Positions 46,364 through 56,983 of a stretch of 63,419 bases of DNA are shown piece by piece. The position numbers and the translations under genes were made by a program. Source of the DNA: Campylobacterales bacterium (GTDB lineage: Bacteria; Campylobacterota; Campylobacteria; Campylobacterales; JALSKU01); NCBI GenBank assembly GCA_027044945.1, contig JALUBK010000045.1, positions 1 to 63,419 on the forward strand. The letters are read 5' to 3'. The notes under the pieces are model-generated. The model made no database searches and was not told the origin of the DNA. It saw only the letters and a program-made list of their open reading frames with translations. Every line of letters begins with the position of its first letter. Positions within the stretch are counted from its first letter, which is position 1.

Positions 46364-47170
46364 TCATTTACAATTATTTAAAGCATCCTGAATGGCAAAT
46401 ATATCTTTTACACATTTTTTAAGTTCATCAAGTTTTAACATATTGGCTCCATCACTCAAAGCAATACTTGGATCAAAATGTGTCTCGAAGAAAAATCCAT
46501 CTACTCCTACTGCTGCTGCGGCTCTACTTAATGGTGCGACGAATTCTCTTTTACCACTGCTTTTTCCGTTAGCTCCTCCTGGCATTTGCACCGAATGAGT
46601 TGCATCAAAAATAACTGGGGCAAATTTTCTCATGATTTCAAGACTTCTCATGTCTACCACCAAATTACCATATCCAAAGCTACTTCCTCTTTCACACAAC
46701 CAAACTTTTGCATCTTTTGAGGTTTGATAATTTGCTGTTTTTATTCCTCTTGTTTTTAAAATTTTTAATATAGAATATTCCATGTCAGAAGGATTCATAA
46801 ATTGTCCTTTTTTTACATTAACAATTTTATCTGTTTTAGCAGCGGCCACTAACAAATCTGTTTGACGACATAAAAATGCTGGAATTTGCAAAACATCAAC
46901 TATTTTTGCAACCTCTTCTACTTGCCAAACTTCATGAACATCTGTTAAGAGTTTATATCCAAATTCATTTTGAACTTCTTTTAAAAGATTTAAGCCATCT
47001 TGAAGGCCCGGACCTCTAAAACTATCCAAGCTTGTTCTGTTGGCTTTATCAAAAGAAGCTTTAAAATAAAAATCTATTCTTTTATCTTCATGAATTTCTT
47101 TCAAGCCTTCAGCAATTCTAAAAAGATTTTCTCTACTTTCTATGACACAAGGTCCTGCAATTAATATCAT
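46364..47170 (-). CDS. kdsA: KDO8P synthase
   Basis: [38 protein letters not shown]. Confidence 0.98.
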   Translation of the reverse strand: MILIAGPCVIESRENLFRIAEGLKEIHEDKRIDFYFKASFDKANRTSLDSFRGPGLQDGLNLLKEVQNEFGYKLLTDVHEVWQVEEVAKIVDVLQIPAFLCRQTDLLVAAAKTDKIVNVKKGQFMNPSDMEYSILKILKTRGIKTANYQTSKDAKVWLCERGSSFGYGNLVVDMRSLEIMRKFAPVIFDATHSVQMPGGANGKSSGKREFVAPLSRAAAAVGVDGFFFETHFDPSIALSDGANMLKLDELKKCVKDIFAIQDALNNCK

Positions 47171-47189
47171 TATTCATCCTTATATATTT

Positions 47190-48215
47190 TTATAAAATCA
47201 ACATAGCATCGCCATAAGAAAAAAACTTATACTCTTTTTTTATAGCTTCATCATATATTTGCAATGCTTTTTCAATACCCATAAAAGAGCTTACCAGCAT
47301 TAATAAAGTTGATTTTGGAAGATGAAAATTGGTAAGAAGATAGTTTACTCTTTTTGGTTTATTTTCAGGATGCAAAAATATATCCGCATGTGATAAAGCT
47401 ATATTTTCTCTTACAAAATATTCTATTGTTCTTGTTACCGTTGTGCCTATGGCTAAAATTTTTTTATCACTTTTTATTATTTTTGCCGTATCATTTGGAA
47501 TCTCATAAAATTCACTATGCATTTTATGATCAAGTATATTTTTACATTCCACAGGTTTAAATGTTCCGGCTCCAACATGTAAAGTAAGATAATAAATTTC
47601 ATAAAGTTTTTTCATTTTTTCAAAAAGTTCATCACTAAAATGCAAAGATGCAGTCGGTGCTGCCACTGCTCCTATATTTTTAGCAAAAAGTGTTTGATAA
47701 TTTGTTTCATCCTCTTTTGTATCTTCTCTTTTGATATATGGAGGAAGAGGAACATGACCTATTTTTTCTAAAATTTTATTCAAATTTACAAAATCCAATA
47801 ATTTATTATTTTTATAAAACTCAATGATTCTCGTTCCATCTTCATTTAATGCAAGAACTTTTGCAATCAAATCATGATCAAAAAATAATTTTTGACCTAC
47901 TCGAATTTTTCCTCTGATATAAACCAAAAAAGAATTATTTTCAAGAGGAGAATTCAATAAAATTTCTATTTTCCCTCCACTTTCTTTTTTGCCAAAAATT
48001 CTAGCTTTGATAACTTTTGTATCATTTAAAATAACCGCTGTATCTTTTGGAATATAATTTAAAATATTATAAAATTTCTCATGAATAATCTTATCTTTTT
48101 TTCTGTCATATATCAAAAGAGAACAATTATCTTTTGGCTCAGCAGGCTTTGATGCTATTAAATGACGAGGCAAAAAATAATCATAACTCTTTATCGACAA
48201 AGGATCTTTTTTCAT
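47190..48215 (-). CDS. queA: SAM:tRNA ribosyltransferase-isomerase
   Basis: NDTKVIKAR, PLPPYI.R, AAPTA.LHF, TLHVGAGTF, SYGDAM. Confidence 0.98.
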   Translation of the reverse strand: MKKDPLSIKSYDYFLPRHLIASKPAEPKDNCSLLIYDRKKDKIIHEKFYNILNYIPKDTAVILNDTKVIKARIFGKKESGGKIEILLNSPLENNSFLVYIRGKIRVGQKLFFDHDLIAKVLALNEDGTRIIEFYKNNKLLDFVNLNKILEKIGHVPLPPYIKREDTKEDETNYQTLFAKNIGAVAAPTASLHFSDELFEKMKKLYEIYYLTLHVGAGTFKPVECKNILDHKMHSEFYEIPNDTAKIIKSDKKILAIGTTVTRTIEYFVRENIALSHADIFLHPENKPKRVNYLLTNFHLPKSTLLMLVSSFMGIEKALQIYDEAIKKEYKFFSYGDAMLIL

Positions 48216-48216
48216 T

Positions 48217-48969
48217 TTATTTAGCAGTATCTTTTATATCATTATTTTCTTTTTTTTTGGATTTTTCAGGATTTGCATATTTGGCTACCAAAATAGAAAA
48301 ACCATATAAAAGCAATAATGGTCCTGCCATTAAAAGTTGAGTTAAAGCATCAGGAGGTGTCAAAATAGCTGATACAATAAAAATAATAACTATCGCATAT
48401 CTAAAATAACCTGTAAGTGTTTTATCTGTAATCAAGCCTAACTTTGCTAGAAAAAAAGTAAGAACTGGAAGTTCAAAAGCTATACCAAAACCAAAAAGCA
48501 ATTTTGTAAAAAAACTGACATATTCACCTATGCTAGGCAATGCAGTAAATAGTTTTCCTCCAAAATTTATCAAAAAAGCAAAACCAAATGGAATAACTAC
48601 ATAATAACAAAAAGCTGATCCTACTAAAAACATAATTGTTGCAAAAAAAACGAAAGGAAGGATCATTCTTTTTTCATTTTCGTAAAGACCAGGAGATATA
48701 AAAAGCCATAATTGCCAAAAAATAATAGGTAATGAAACAATAAAAGAAGCAAAAAATGAAACTTTAAGTGCAGTAAAAAGAGCTTCTTGAACTTTTGTAA
48801 ATATAATGCTACTTGCAGACGGCAAAGCATGTTTTAAAGGTTCTACCATCCAAGCCATAATAGGCTCCCAAAAATGAAAACAAACAAAAAACATAACAAT
48901 AATAGTTAGCAAAGATATGCCTAGTCTTTTTCTAAGTTCAGCAATATGTGGTCTTAATTCTTCAAACAT
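48217..48969 (-). CDS. tatC: Twin-arginine translocase TatC
   Basis: HIAELRKR, W.FISPGLYENE, FELP, TPPD; start moved to 48969. Confidence 0.97.
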   Translation of the reverse strand: MFEELRPHIAELRKRLGISLLTIIVMFFVCFHFWEPIMAWMVEPLKHALPSASSIIFTKVQEALFTALKVSFFASFIVSLPIIFWQLWLFISPGLYENEKRMILPFVFFATIMFLVGSAFCYYVVIPFGFAFLINFGGKLFTALPSIGEYVSFFTKLLFGFGIAFELPVLTFFLAKLGLITDKTLTGYFRYAIVIIFIVSAILTPPDALTQLLMAGPLLLLYGFSILVAKYANPEKSKKKENNDIKDTAK

Positions 48970-49378
48970 TTTTATTTTCCTTTTTTTCAATCTCTTTTGT
49001 TGGTTCTTTTGTTATATTTTCTGAAGATTTTTTATTCTCTTTTTTAGTCAAAGCAGAAGCTTCTTGTATATTTTCTTTTATACTTCCTGTGATATCATTC
49101 GTAGTATTTTTTATCTTTTGAAATTCATCAACATACATAGAACCTCTGACATTTTGAGTTGTTTCTTCTAATTTCTTTTTGTATTCCAATGCTTCAGCTT
49201 TCAAATCTTGTATTTTTAATTCCTGATCAATAGTTTCTTTTGCTTCATTAACAACTTTTTTAAGTGCTTTAAAAATTTTAGCAATTTTTATCATAGCCTC
49301 TGGCAATTTATCTGGTCCCAAAAATATAATACCTATTATCAAGATAACTAAGATCTCTGAAAATCCTATTCCAAACAT
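48962..49378 (-). CDS. tatB: Twin-arginine translocase TatB
   Basis: MFGIGFSE...LGPDKLP. Confidence 0.95.
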   Translation of the reverse strand: MFGIGFSEILVILIIGIIFLGPDKLPEAMIKIAKIFKALKKVVNEAKETIDQELKIQDLKAEALEYKKKLEETTQNVRGSMYVDEFQKIKNTTNDITGSIKENIQEASALTKKENKKSSENITKEPTKEIEKKENKNV

Positions 49379-49424
49379 ATCACAATTCCTAAATTAAATT
49401 TTTCTTATTGTATCTCAATTTTAA

Positions 49425-50480
49425 TTAGCTTAATATAAAAAGAGCAATTTCATCACTCAATAAATAATTATTATTGAAAATTATTCCATTTTCCAATTTT
49501 ATTTTATCCTCATCTATCAATATTTTTATTTTTTCTATCTCTTTAGTATTTAAAATATCTTCATTTATCCCAATATCAGATCTTAATCCTAAAAAAATTT
49601 TTTCTGTTTTTATATTATCATCTGATAATTTTTCTTCTTTCCAGAACAAAGGTTCTTGTATATATTTTTCTATTGTTTTATGAGGATAAAATCTTTTATT
49701 TTTCAAAAAACCGACAGCCCCGGCTCCTAAACCTATATAATCTTTATAACTCCAATATCCTAGATTATGAATTGAGTGATATTTTCCGAAATTTGAAATT
49801 TCATACTGTGTAAATCCTCTTTCTTTAATTTTGTCATAAAACCAAATTTGCTCATCAATATCTTCTTTTGTTTGCTCTTTTGTTTTATAAAACAAAGTTC
49901 CCTTTTCTATGCTTAAATGATAAGTGCTTATATGATTTATAGGAGTAGAAAAGGCTATTTGCAAATCATTTTTTAAAAGTTTTTTATTGTCTATTTTGGT
50001 GCCATGAATCAAATCTAAAGAAATATTTTCAAAACCTGCTGTTTTGGCATTGTTGATAGCATTTATTGCATCTTTTCCAGAATGATTTCTTCCGAGATAT
50101 TTTAATTTTTTTTCATCAAAACTTTGAACTCCAAAACTAATTCTATTAACACCAAGTTCTTTTATATCTTTTATCCAATTCAAATTTGCACTATTTGGAT
50201 TGGCTTCTATTGTTATTTCTATATCGTTTTTTAAATATTTGTTAATAAGATCAAAAAAAGTTTTATACTCCACAGCAGGAATAACAGATGGTGTTCCTCC
50301 TCCTATAAAAACTGTTTCTATCGCTTTTTCTTTAATGTCAAATCTTTTAATTTCAAAAATAAATTGTTTGCAAATTGCTTGTATATATTTTTTTATCAAA
50401 CTTGTTTTATTGATATATGAATTAAAAGAACAATAATGACATTTACTATCACAAAAAGGAATATGAATATAAAGTAACAA
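49425..50480 (-). CDS. hemW: Radical SAM heme chaperone HemW (HemN-like)
   Basis: YIHIPFCxxxCxYC.F, GGGTPS, EANP, YEISNF, HNLGYW; TTG start at 50480 inferred. Confidence 0.9.
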   Translation of the reverse strand: MLLYIHIPFCDSKCHYCSFNSYINKTSLIKKYIQAICKQFIFEIKRFDIKEKAIETVFIGGGTPSVIPAVEYKTFFDLINKYLKNDIEITIEANPNSANLNWIKDIKELGVNRISFGVQSFDEKKLKYLGRNHSGKDAINAINNAKTAGFENISLDLIHGTKIDNKKLLKNDLQIAFSTPINHISTYHLSIEKGTLFYKTKEQTKEDIDEQIWFYDKIKERGFTQYEISNFGKYHSIHNLGYWSYKDYIGLGAGAVGFLKNKRFYPHKTIEKYIQEPLFWKEEKLSDDNIKTEKIFLGLRSDIGINEDILNTKEIEKIKILIDEDKIKLENGIIFNNNYLLSDEIALFILS

Positions 50481-50543
50481 ATAAAACCTTAATAATAATT
50501 TTGGTAAAATTATAACTATAAAAAATATATAAAGCAAATAAAC

Positions 50544-51017
50544 ATGGAAAATAAACAAAAAAAATACAGACCAAATGTTGCAGCGGTAATTGTTTCTTCA
50601 AAATATCCTCTAACTAGTGAAATTTTTATAGCAAGTAGAAGTGATATAAAAAATAGTTGGCAATTTCCGCAAGGGGGAATAGACGAGGGAGAAACTCCAA
50701 AAGAAGCACTTTTAAGAGAATTGAAAGAAGAAATAGGCACAAATAATATTGAAATATTATCCGAATATCCTGAATGGGTAAGTTATGATTTTCCAAATAT
50801 AGTTGCTAAAAAAATGTATCCTTTTGATGGTCAAATACAAAAATATTTTTTGGTTAGATTAAAAAATGATAAAAAAATTAATCTCAAAACCAAACATTCC
50901 GAATTTGATAAATATAAATTTATTAAATCTAAAGATGCTTTTAAACATATAGTTTATTTCAAAAGACCTATATATAAAAAAGTATTGAAATATTTTAAAA
51001 AAGAGGGATATTTATAA
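50544..51017 (+). CDS. rppH: RNA pyrophosphohydrolase (Nudix)
   Basis: YRPNV, WQFPQGG, Nudix box, GQ.QKYF. Confidence 0.96.
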   Translation: MENKQKKYRPNVAAVIVSSKYPLTSEIFIASRSDIKNSWQFPQGGIDEGETPKEALLRELKEEIGTNNIEILSEYPEWVSYDFPNIVAKKMYPFDGQIQKYFLVRLKNDKKINLKTKHSEFDKYKFIKSKDAFKHIVYFKRPIYKKVLKYFKKEGYL

Positions 51018-51025
51018 GGAGTTTT

Positions 51026-52228
51026 ATGTTAATAGTTCAAAAATATGGAGGCACCAGTGTAGGAACACTGGAAAGAATAGACGAAGTAGCGAAAAGAGTT
51101 ATCAAAACTATAGAAGCTGGACACAATGTCGTTATAGTTGTTTCAGCCATGAGCGGAGAAACTAATAAGCTAACCGAATATGCTAAATATTTTACACAAA
51201 CACCTCAAAAAAGAGAAATGGATTTATTGCTTAGTTCAGGAGAAAGAGTTACAAGTTCTCTTTTGGCTATAGCATTACAATCAAAAGGATATAAAGCTGT
51301 TGCTCTTACTGGAAGACAAGCAGGAATTTATACAGATGAAGTGCATACTGGGGCAAGAATAGACAAAATAGATACTAAAAAAATTAATACATATCTTCAA
51401 GAAGGAAATATTGTAGTTGTTGCAGGTTTTCAAGGTATTACCAACAACGGAGAAGTATCAACTCTTGGCAGAGGCGGAAGTGATTTGAGTGCTGTTGCGA
51501 TTGCTGGTTCGATCACTGCAGATATTTGTGAAATTTATACTGATGTTGATGGAATATATACAACTGATCCCAGAATTGAACCAAAAGCAAAAAAATTAAA
51601 TAAAATAAGCTATGACGAAATGCTTGAATTTGCAAGTTTAGGTGCAAAAGTTTTACAAAATAGATCTGTTGAATTGGCGAAAAAATTAAATGTTAATTTA
51701 ATAACAAGAAGTAGTTTTAATGAAAACGAAGGAACATTAATAACAAAGGAAGAAAATATTATGGAAAAACCATTAGTCAGCGGAATAGCATTAGATAAAA
51801 ATCAAGCCAGAGTTACTTTAAGAGGAGTCAAAGATGAACCTGGAATTGCTGCAAAAATATTTAATAAACTCGCTCATGAACATATTAATGTAGATATGAT
51901 TATTCAAAATATAGGATTAGACGGTGTTACAAACCTTGGTTTCACAGTTCCAGAAAATGAGTTAGAAGAAACAAAAAAAGTTATGAATAAAATTAATGCT
52001 TCCAAAATAATAGATTTTGATCCAAATGTTGTAAAAGTTTCTGTTGTAGGAGTAGGAATGAAGTCTCATAGTGGAGTTGCCAGTAAGGCTTTTGATACAT
52101 TAGCAAAAGAAAATATCAATATACAAATGATTAGCACGAGTGAAATAAAAGTTTCGATGATTGTAGATGAAAAATATGGAGAATTAGCAGTTAGATCTTT
52201 ACATTCAGCCTATAATTTGGATAAATAA
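51026..52228 (+). CDS. lysC: Aspartate kinase
   Basis: VQKYGGTSV, VVSAM, TLGRGGSD, YTDVDG, two ACT domains. Confidence 0.98.
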   Translation: MLIVQKYGGTSVGTLERIDEVAKRVIKTIEAGHNVVIVVSAMSGETNKLTEYAKYFTQTPQKREMDLLLSSGERVTSSLLAIALQSKGYKAVALTGRQAGIYTDEVHTGARIDKIDTKKINTYLQEGNIVVVAGFQGITNNGEVSTLGRGGSDLSAVAIAGSITADICEIYTDVDGIYTTDPRIEPKAKKLNKISYDEMLEFASLGAKVLQNRSVELAKKLNVNLITRSSFNENEGTLITKEENIMEKPLVSGIALDKNQARVTLRGVKDEPGIAAKIFNKLAHEHINVDMIIQNIGLDGVTNLGFTVPENELEETKKVMNKINASKIIDFDPNVVKVSVVGVGMKSHSGVASKAFDTLAKENINIQMISTSEIKVSMIVDEKYGELAVRSLHSAYNLDK

Positions 52229-52782
52229 TGCAAAAATTTCTTAAATGGACATTAGAGGCCATAAGAAAAGATGAATCTCTTATGAGTTGGATGGAAGAAA
52301 AAAGATTTGAATGGGTTCCGTTAGTTTCATCTGCTTTGAAAAATATATTGCAAGGTCAAACTGTCATTATACTCACAGACAAAGAAAGAGAATGGTATGG
52401 TAATTATCTTTCAAAAACTTTAAACAGTTTTGAAAAAAATAGACCATTTTTACCTGTTGTAAAATTTGACGGATTATCTTGTAATATTGACGACATAAAT
52501 ACAAAAGAAAAAATTGAAATCGTTGAAGATATGCTTTCTATATCTTTTCCAAATGGCTATATGTTTTTTTATGTAGGAAAAAATAATAGTATAAGAACAA
52601 AAATAATCAATCATCACGAAGGAAGTTTTTCTTTAATTTTGGATGAACAATTGCAAAATAGTTTTTATTTGAACTCCAGTGATGAACTTCTTGATTTGAA
52701 ACTCATACAATTAACAAAACTATTTGATAAAAGTATAGATGCAGTTTTGTCTTCTGAAATCACTATGGAAAATTTAGGTTGA
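52228..52782 (+). CDS. hobA: DnaA-binding replication regulator HobA
   Basis: F.KWTLE.IR, SWMEE.RFEW.PL, TD.ER.W; lysC-hobA-holB synteny. Confidence 0.88.
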   Translation: MQKFLKWTLEAIRKDESLMSWMEEKRFEWVPLVSSALKNILQGQTVIILTDKEREWYGNYLSKTLNSFEKNRPFLPVVKFDGLSCNIDDINTKEKIEIVEDMLSISFPNGYMFFYVGKNNSIRTKIINHHEGSFSLILDEQLQNSFYLNSSDELLDLKLIQLTKLFDKSIDAVLSSEITMENLG

Positions 52783-53438
52783 AGTTAAAATTAAATAATA
52801 ATACAATAATAATAACAAATAATATTGAAAAAACGAAAAATGAAATTATAAAAATTTTGGATAAACAGATTGTAAAAATTTTTCTTAGAGATGATTTTTT
52901 GATAGAAGATGCAAAAATGGTTATCAAAGAAGCTTACATAAGTGAAGAAAAGAAAAAATATTTAATTATAGGAGCTAAAACTTTTCGCACAGAAACTCAA
53001 AATTCACTTCTAAAAATACTTGAAGCTTCTCCTAAAAATATTATTTTTTTACTTATTTCACAATCAAAATCAAATTTTTTACCCACAATCAGATCAAGAG
53101 TTCCACTACTTTTTATAAAAGAAAAAAAATGCAGAGAAAAAATAGATATTGATTTGACAAAAATGACTTTAAAAGATATTTTTGAATATACAAAAAAATA
53201 TCAAAGAATTTCAAAAGCAGAATTAAAAGATATGATACAAAATATATTTTACAGTGCAATTTTTGAATATAAAATATATTTTAATCAGAAAGAGATAACT
53301 ATATTTGAAAATGCTTTACAATTAGCCAATTTGAATACTAGGGGAAATTTTTTGTTAAACTCTATACTCTTAACTATTTTCAATAAAATAAACAGGGAAA
53401 AAAATGAAAATAATAAAATTATCAAACAAAACAGATAA
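52779..53438 (+). CDS. holB: DNA polymerase III delta'
   Basis: QNSLLKILE, LPTIRSR. Confidence 0.9.
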   Translation: MKLKLNNNTIIITNNIEKTKNEIIKILDKQIVKIFLRDDFLIEDAKMVIKEAYISEEKKKYLIIGAKTFRTETQNSLLKILEASPKNIIFLLISQSKSNFLPTIRSRVPLLFIKEKKCREKIDIDLTKMTLKDIFEYTKKYQRISKAELKDMIQNIFYSAIFEYKIYFNQKEITIFENALQLANLNTRGNFLLNSILLTIFNKINREKNENNKIIKQNR

Positions 53439-54552
53439 AAATAAAATTTTTAGCAATATAGGATCTACAAAAGAGGGAAATATCCTTTTAAAAGATAAAA
53501 TGAAATTAAATTATATCTATTTAAAAGATATAAAAAATCCTGCCTCTTTGATTTTAAAACAAGATGCCCTGTCTATCGGTGCTGATTTGATAGTCAATAA
53601 AGATACAATTATATGTAAAAAAGAGTTTTCTAATGCTCTTTTAATAGCAAACAATAAACAGTTAAAACTTTTGTCTAAAAAAGAAAAATCCCAACCTTTT
53701 GGGCTGAAAAAATTTGCTGAAGAAATTAAAAATTTTATTTTCAATGATAATAAAAAAAAGATTCAAATCATGGGTGTTATCAATGCAAATGAAGATAGTT
53801 TTTATAAAAACAGTAGATTTTGTGGTCAAGAAGCAATCAAAAAAATAGAAAATATGATTGAAAATAAAGCTGATATTATAGATTTGGGAGCAGTATCTTC
53901 AAGACCGGGAAGCAAGAGTGTAACTCAAGAAGAAGAATTATCAAGATTGAAACCTATTTTAAATGAAATATATAAAAATAAACTTTATGAAAAAGCTATA
54001 TTCTCTTTAGATAGTTATTCTCCTAAATGTTTAACTTATGCACTAGAGCGAGGATTTAAAATAGTTAATGATATAACTGCATTAAATAATGATGATGTAG
54101 CAAAAATAACTGCTAGTTATAAAGCAAAAATAGTTTTAATGCATATGCAAAACAATCCTCAAAACATGCAAAATAATCCATCTTATGATAATGTTTTGCT
54201 TGATATAAGTAATTTTTTAGAAAAAAGAATAGAAAAAGCAAAAAATGCCGGAATAAATGATATAATTTTAGATATTGGAATAGGCTTTGGAAAAACATTA
54301 AAACATAATTTAAAACTTATAAAACATTTAGAACACTTTAAAAGCTTAAAATATCCTCTTTTGGTGGGCGCAAGCAGAAAATCAATGATAAATAAAATAG
54401 TTCCTTCTGAAGCAGAAGAGAGATTGCCCGGAACTTTAACTTTGCACCTTGAAGCGATAAAAAACGGGGCAGAAATAATAAGATGTCATGATGTAAAAGA
54501 ACATTATCAAGCTATAAAAGTTTATGAATCATTAAGAGATTTGGAGGTTTAA
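53404..54552 (+). CDS. folP: Dihydropteroate synthase with N-terminal extension
   Basis: ILKQDALSIG extension; MGVIN...DSF, SSRPG, D.GIGFGK, GASRKS, RCHDV. Confidence 0.96.
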   Translation: MKIIKLSNKTDKNKIFSNIGSTKEGNILLKDKMKLNYIYLKDIKNPASLILKQDALSIGADLIVNKDTIICKKEFSNALLIANNKQLKLLSKKEKSQPFGLKKFAEEIKNFIFNDNKKKIQIMGVINANEDSFYKNSRFCGQEAIKKIENMIENKADIIDLGAVSSRPGSKSVTQEEELSRLKPILNEIYKNKLYEKAIFSLDSYSPKCLTYALERGFKIVNDITALNNDDVAKITASYKAKIVLMHMQNNPQNMQNNPSYDNVLLDISNFLEKRIEKAKNAGINDIILDIGIGFGKTLKHNLKLIKHLEHFKSLKYPLLVGASRKSMINKIVPSEAEERLPGTLTLHLEAIKNGAEIIRCHDVKEHYQAIKVYESLRDLEV

Positions 54553-54553
54553 A

Positions 54554-55225
54554 TTGAAAGCATTAATAGTTTTTAGTGGTGGACAAGATAGCACTACTTG
54601 TTTAGGATGGGCAAAAAATAGATTTGATAGTGTAGAAACTTTAACATTTGATTATGGACAAAGACATGATATAGAAATAATACAAGCTAAAAAAATAGCT
54701 TCAATTTTTGGAGTAAAAAATCAAATTTTTAATATAAATATTTTTAAAGAATTACAAAATTCAGCTTTATTGGATAAAACATCCGATATAAATGCTCCAC
54801 ATAAAAATAAACCAAATTTACCTGCTTCTTATGTTCCAAATAGAAATGCTATGTTTTTTACAATAGCTCATGCCTATGCACAAAAAATTGGTGCTTCCAA
54901 AATAATTACAGGTATAAATCAAACTGATTATAGCGGATATCCTGATTGTAGAGAAGAGTTCATAAAACCTCTTGAACTTGCATTGAATATTGGTAGTGAA
55001 TCTAAGATAAATTTTATTTATCCTCTTATACATTTAACTAAAGCAGAAACTTTTAAATTAGCCAAGAATGAGGGAATTTTAGATATAGTGATAAATGAAT
55101 CACATACTTGCTATAATGGAGACCATCAAAGTTTTCACTCTTGGGGATATGGTTGTGGAAAATGTCAAGCTTGTAAACTCAGAGAACACGGATGGAATAA
55201 ATATAAACAATCAAACAGCAACTAA
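54554..55225 (+). CDS. queC: 7-cyano-7-deazaguanine synthase
   Basis: FSGGQDSTT, YGQRH..E, VPNRN, YPDCR, CY...GCGKCQAC. Confidence 0.96.
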   Translation: MKALIVFSGGQDSTTCLGWAKNRFDSVETLTFDYGQRHDIEIIQAKKIASIFGVKNQIFNINIFKELQNSALLDKTSDINAPHKNKPNLPASYVPNRNAMFFTIAHAYAQKIGASKIITGINQTDYSGYPDCREEFIKPLELALNIGSESKINFIYPLIHLTKAETFKLAKNEGILDIVINESHTCYNGDHQSFHSWGYGCGKCQACKLREHGWNKYKQSNSN

Positions 55226-56089
55226 TACACCCGCTATTATAATAATAAAAATGCCAAACAAAATAGATAAATTTGGAAACGAATCACCTAATGCTACTCC
55301 TATAAAAATAGAAAAAATTATATTCGAATAACTAATAGCTCCAATTACACCTGCTTTTGTAAAGGCATATGCTTTTGTCATGTATATTTGAGCTAAAGTT
55401 GCTGTAATACCCAAAAAAACAATAAACCACCAATCGTTCCATTTTGGAATAACAAATTTATCAAAAAGCCAATCCAAACTTGAAGGAGCATAAAAATGAC
55501 CTATTATCATCAAAATAATAGGTCCCAAAGTGCCTATCCCCATAAACGACAAAACAATACTTCTCGTATCATAATAATTTCTTAATTCTCTGACTGCAGT
55601 ATAAGCCAAAGCCGCACCAACACCACTAAATATACCCAATATATCATATTTATTAAAATCCAAAATTCCACTTGGTCTTGTTATAAACAAAATCCCTATA
55701 AAACCTAAAAAAATAGCAAACCAACCATATTTTGAAAGTTTTTCTTTCAAAAATAAATATGCAAAAAATGCTGTAAAAATAGGTGAAATTCTTGAATATG
55801 TCATAGCTTCAGCAAGTGAAATATGAGCAATGTTATAAAAAAAAGCCAAAAGTGCTACAAATCCTATAAAACCACGAAACAAAAGAAGCCATATTTTTCC
55901 TCCCTTTTGTTTAAGAGGATGTGTAAAAAAAGTTGCTACTACAAATAAAATTCCAAAAATATTTCTAAAAAATACAACTTCTATTGCACTCATGTTATGA
56001 GATAATTCTTTAGCAAAACCTCCCATTAAAGCGAAACAAAAAGAAGAAAAAAGCATATAATAAATACCTGTTTTTAAATTATTTGTCAT
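55211..56089 (-). CDS. DMT/EamA family transporter
   Basis: About 10 TMs, EVVFFR, PIFT...FLKE repeats. Confidence 0.92.
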   Translation of the reverse strand: MTNNLKTGIYYMLFSSFCFALMGGFAKELSHNMSAIEVVFFRNIFGILFVVATFFTHPLKQKGGKIWLLLFRGFIGFVALLAFFYNIAHISLAEAMTYSRISPIFTAFFAYLFLKEKLSKYGWFAIFLGFIGILFITRPSGILDFNKYDILGIFSGVGAALAYTAVRELRNYYDTRSIVLSFMGIGTLGPIILMIIGHFYAPSSLDWLFDKFVIPKWNDWWFIVFLGITATLAQIYMTKAYAFTKAGVIGAISYSNIIFSIFIGVALGDSFPNLSILFGIFIIIIAGVLVAV

Positions 56090-56130
56090 TATAAGCAATT
56101 CAAGCTAAACATTATTTTTTCTATTGTTCA

Positions 56131-56877
56131 TTAATTATTCTCCATTTTTAATTTTTGCAATTTTCCTCTTATATCTCCAAAAAATATCACATCTTTTAAA
56201 ATTGCCTTAGTGCAAATTCCATCTTTATTGATATTTAAAAACAATTCTCCTCTTTTGCTTGAAAAAATTCTTTGATTGATAAAAACTATAAAAAAATGAC
56301 CATTTTTTTCTTTCAAATCTTGTTGCAAATTTTTCAATTTTTTACCTGTTGGAATAATTATGTTTATTTTACCATTTTTTTTATTTGCACCAATCGCAAA
56401 TAAAAATTTTTTACCTTTAAGAGTTAAAAAATAATGTTTTAAATTAAAAAAAAGAGTTAAAATATCATTTTTAGCATAATACTTTAAATATTCTTCTGAC
56501 TTATTTATTTTGTTATCTTTAATCCTGATTGTTATTTTTTTTACTTTTTTATTTTTATAATCAAATAAATATATTTTCTCTATTTTTTTTGATTTTTTTA
56601 TAATAGTAGTAATATATTTATATGGCACAAGCAAACCGTCAACAACTTTTCCTTCGCTTTGATATTTTTCAATTCTACCTCCAGTTAAAATTTTAGCTAG
56701 CCCTGTTGCTCTTGCTTCTATTAAAATTTTATATGTTTGTTTTTTATTTATTATCAATTTCGTTTTAGCTATACCAATAGTGCCAAAAATTCCAAAACTA
56801 ATTCTATATGTAGCAGAAACCATTTTAGCATTTAGCCCTATAAACAAAATTAAAATAAGAAAAATAATTTTTTTCAT
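56131..56877 (-). CDS. Exported DUF3108-like protein
   Basis: Signal peptide, Y.ISFG.FG..G.A, DIL.LF, FGDIRG patterns. Confidence 0.7.
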   Translation of the reverse strand: MKKIIFLILILFIGLNAKMVSATYRISFGIFGTIGIAKTKLIINKKQTYKILIEARATGLAKILTGGRIEKYQSEGKVVDGLLVPYKYITTIIKKSKKIEKIYLFDYKNKKVKKITIRIKDNKINKSEEYLKYYAKNDILTLFFNLKHYFLTLKGKKFLFAIGANKKNGKINIIIPTGKKLKNLQQDLKEKNGHFFIVFINQRIFSSKRGELFLNINKDGICTKAILKDVIFFGDIRGKLQKLKMENN

Positions 56878-56983
56878 ATCTTTTCCTAACTAATTATATT
56901 TAATTAATTGTATCTAAAAACATCTATATTATATTTTAATCACTTTTTGGATAGAATAATAAAAAATATAAAAAAGGATAAAT

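Noticed and set aside
46330-51025. Riboswitches upstream of ribH (FMN) or lysC (lysine)
   Set aside because: The intergenic spaces are only about 35 bp and 8 bp; there is no room for an aptamer.
54554-55225. QueC as part of a deazaguanine DNA-modification or Qat/CBASS defence system
   Set aside because: Canonical short QueC in a housekeeping operon with no dpd, TatD, cyclase or nuclease neighbours.
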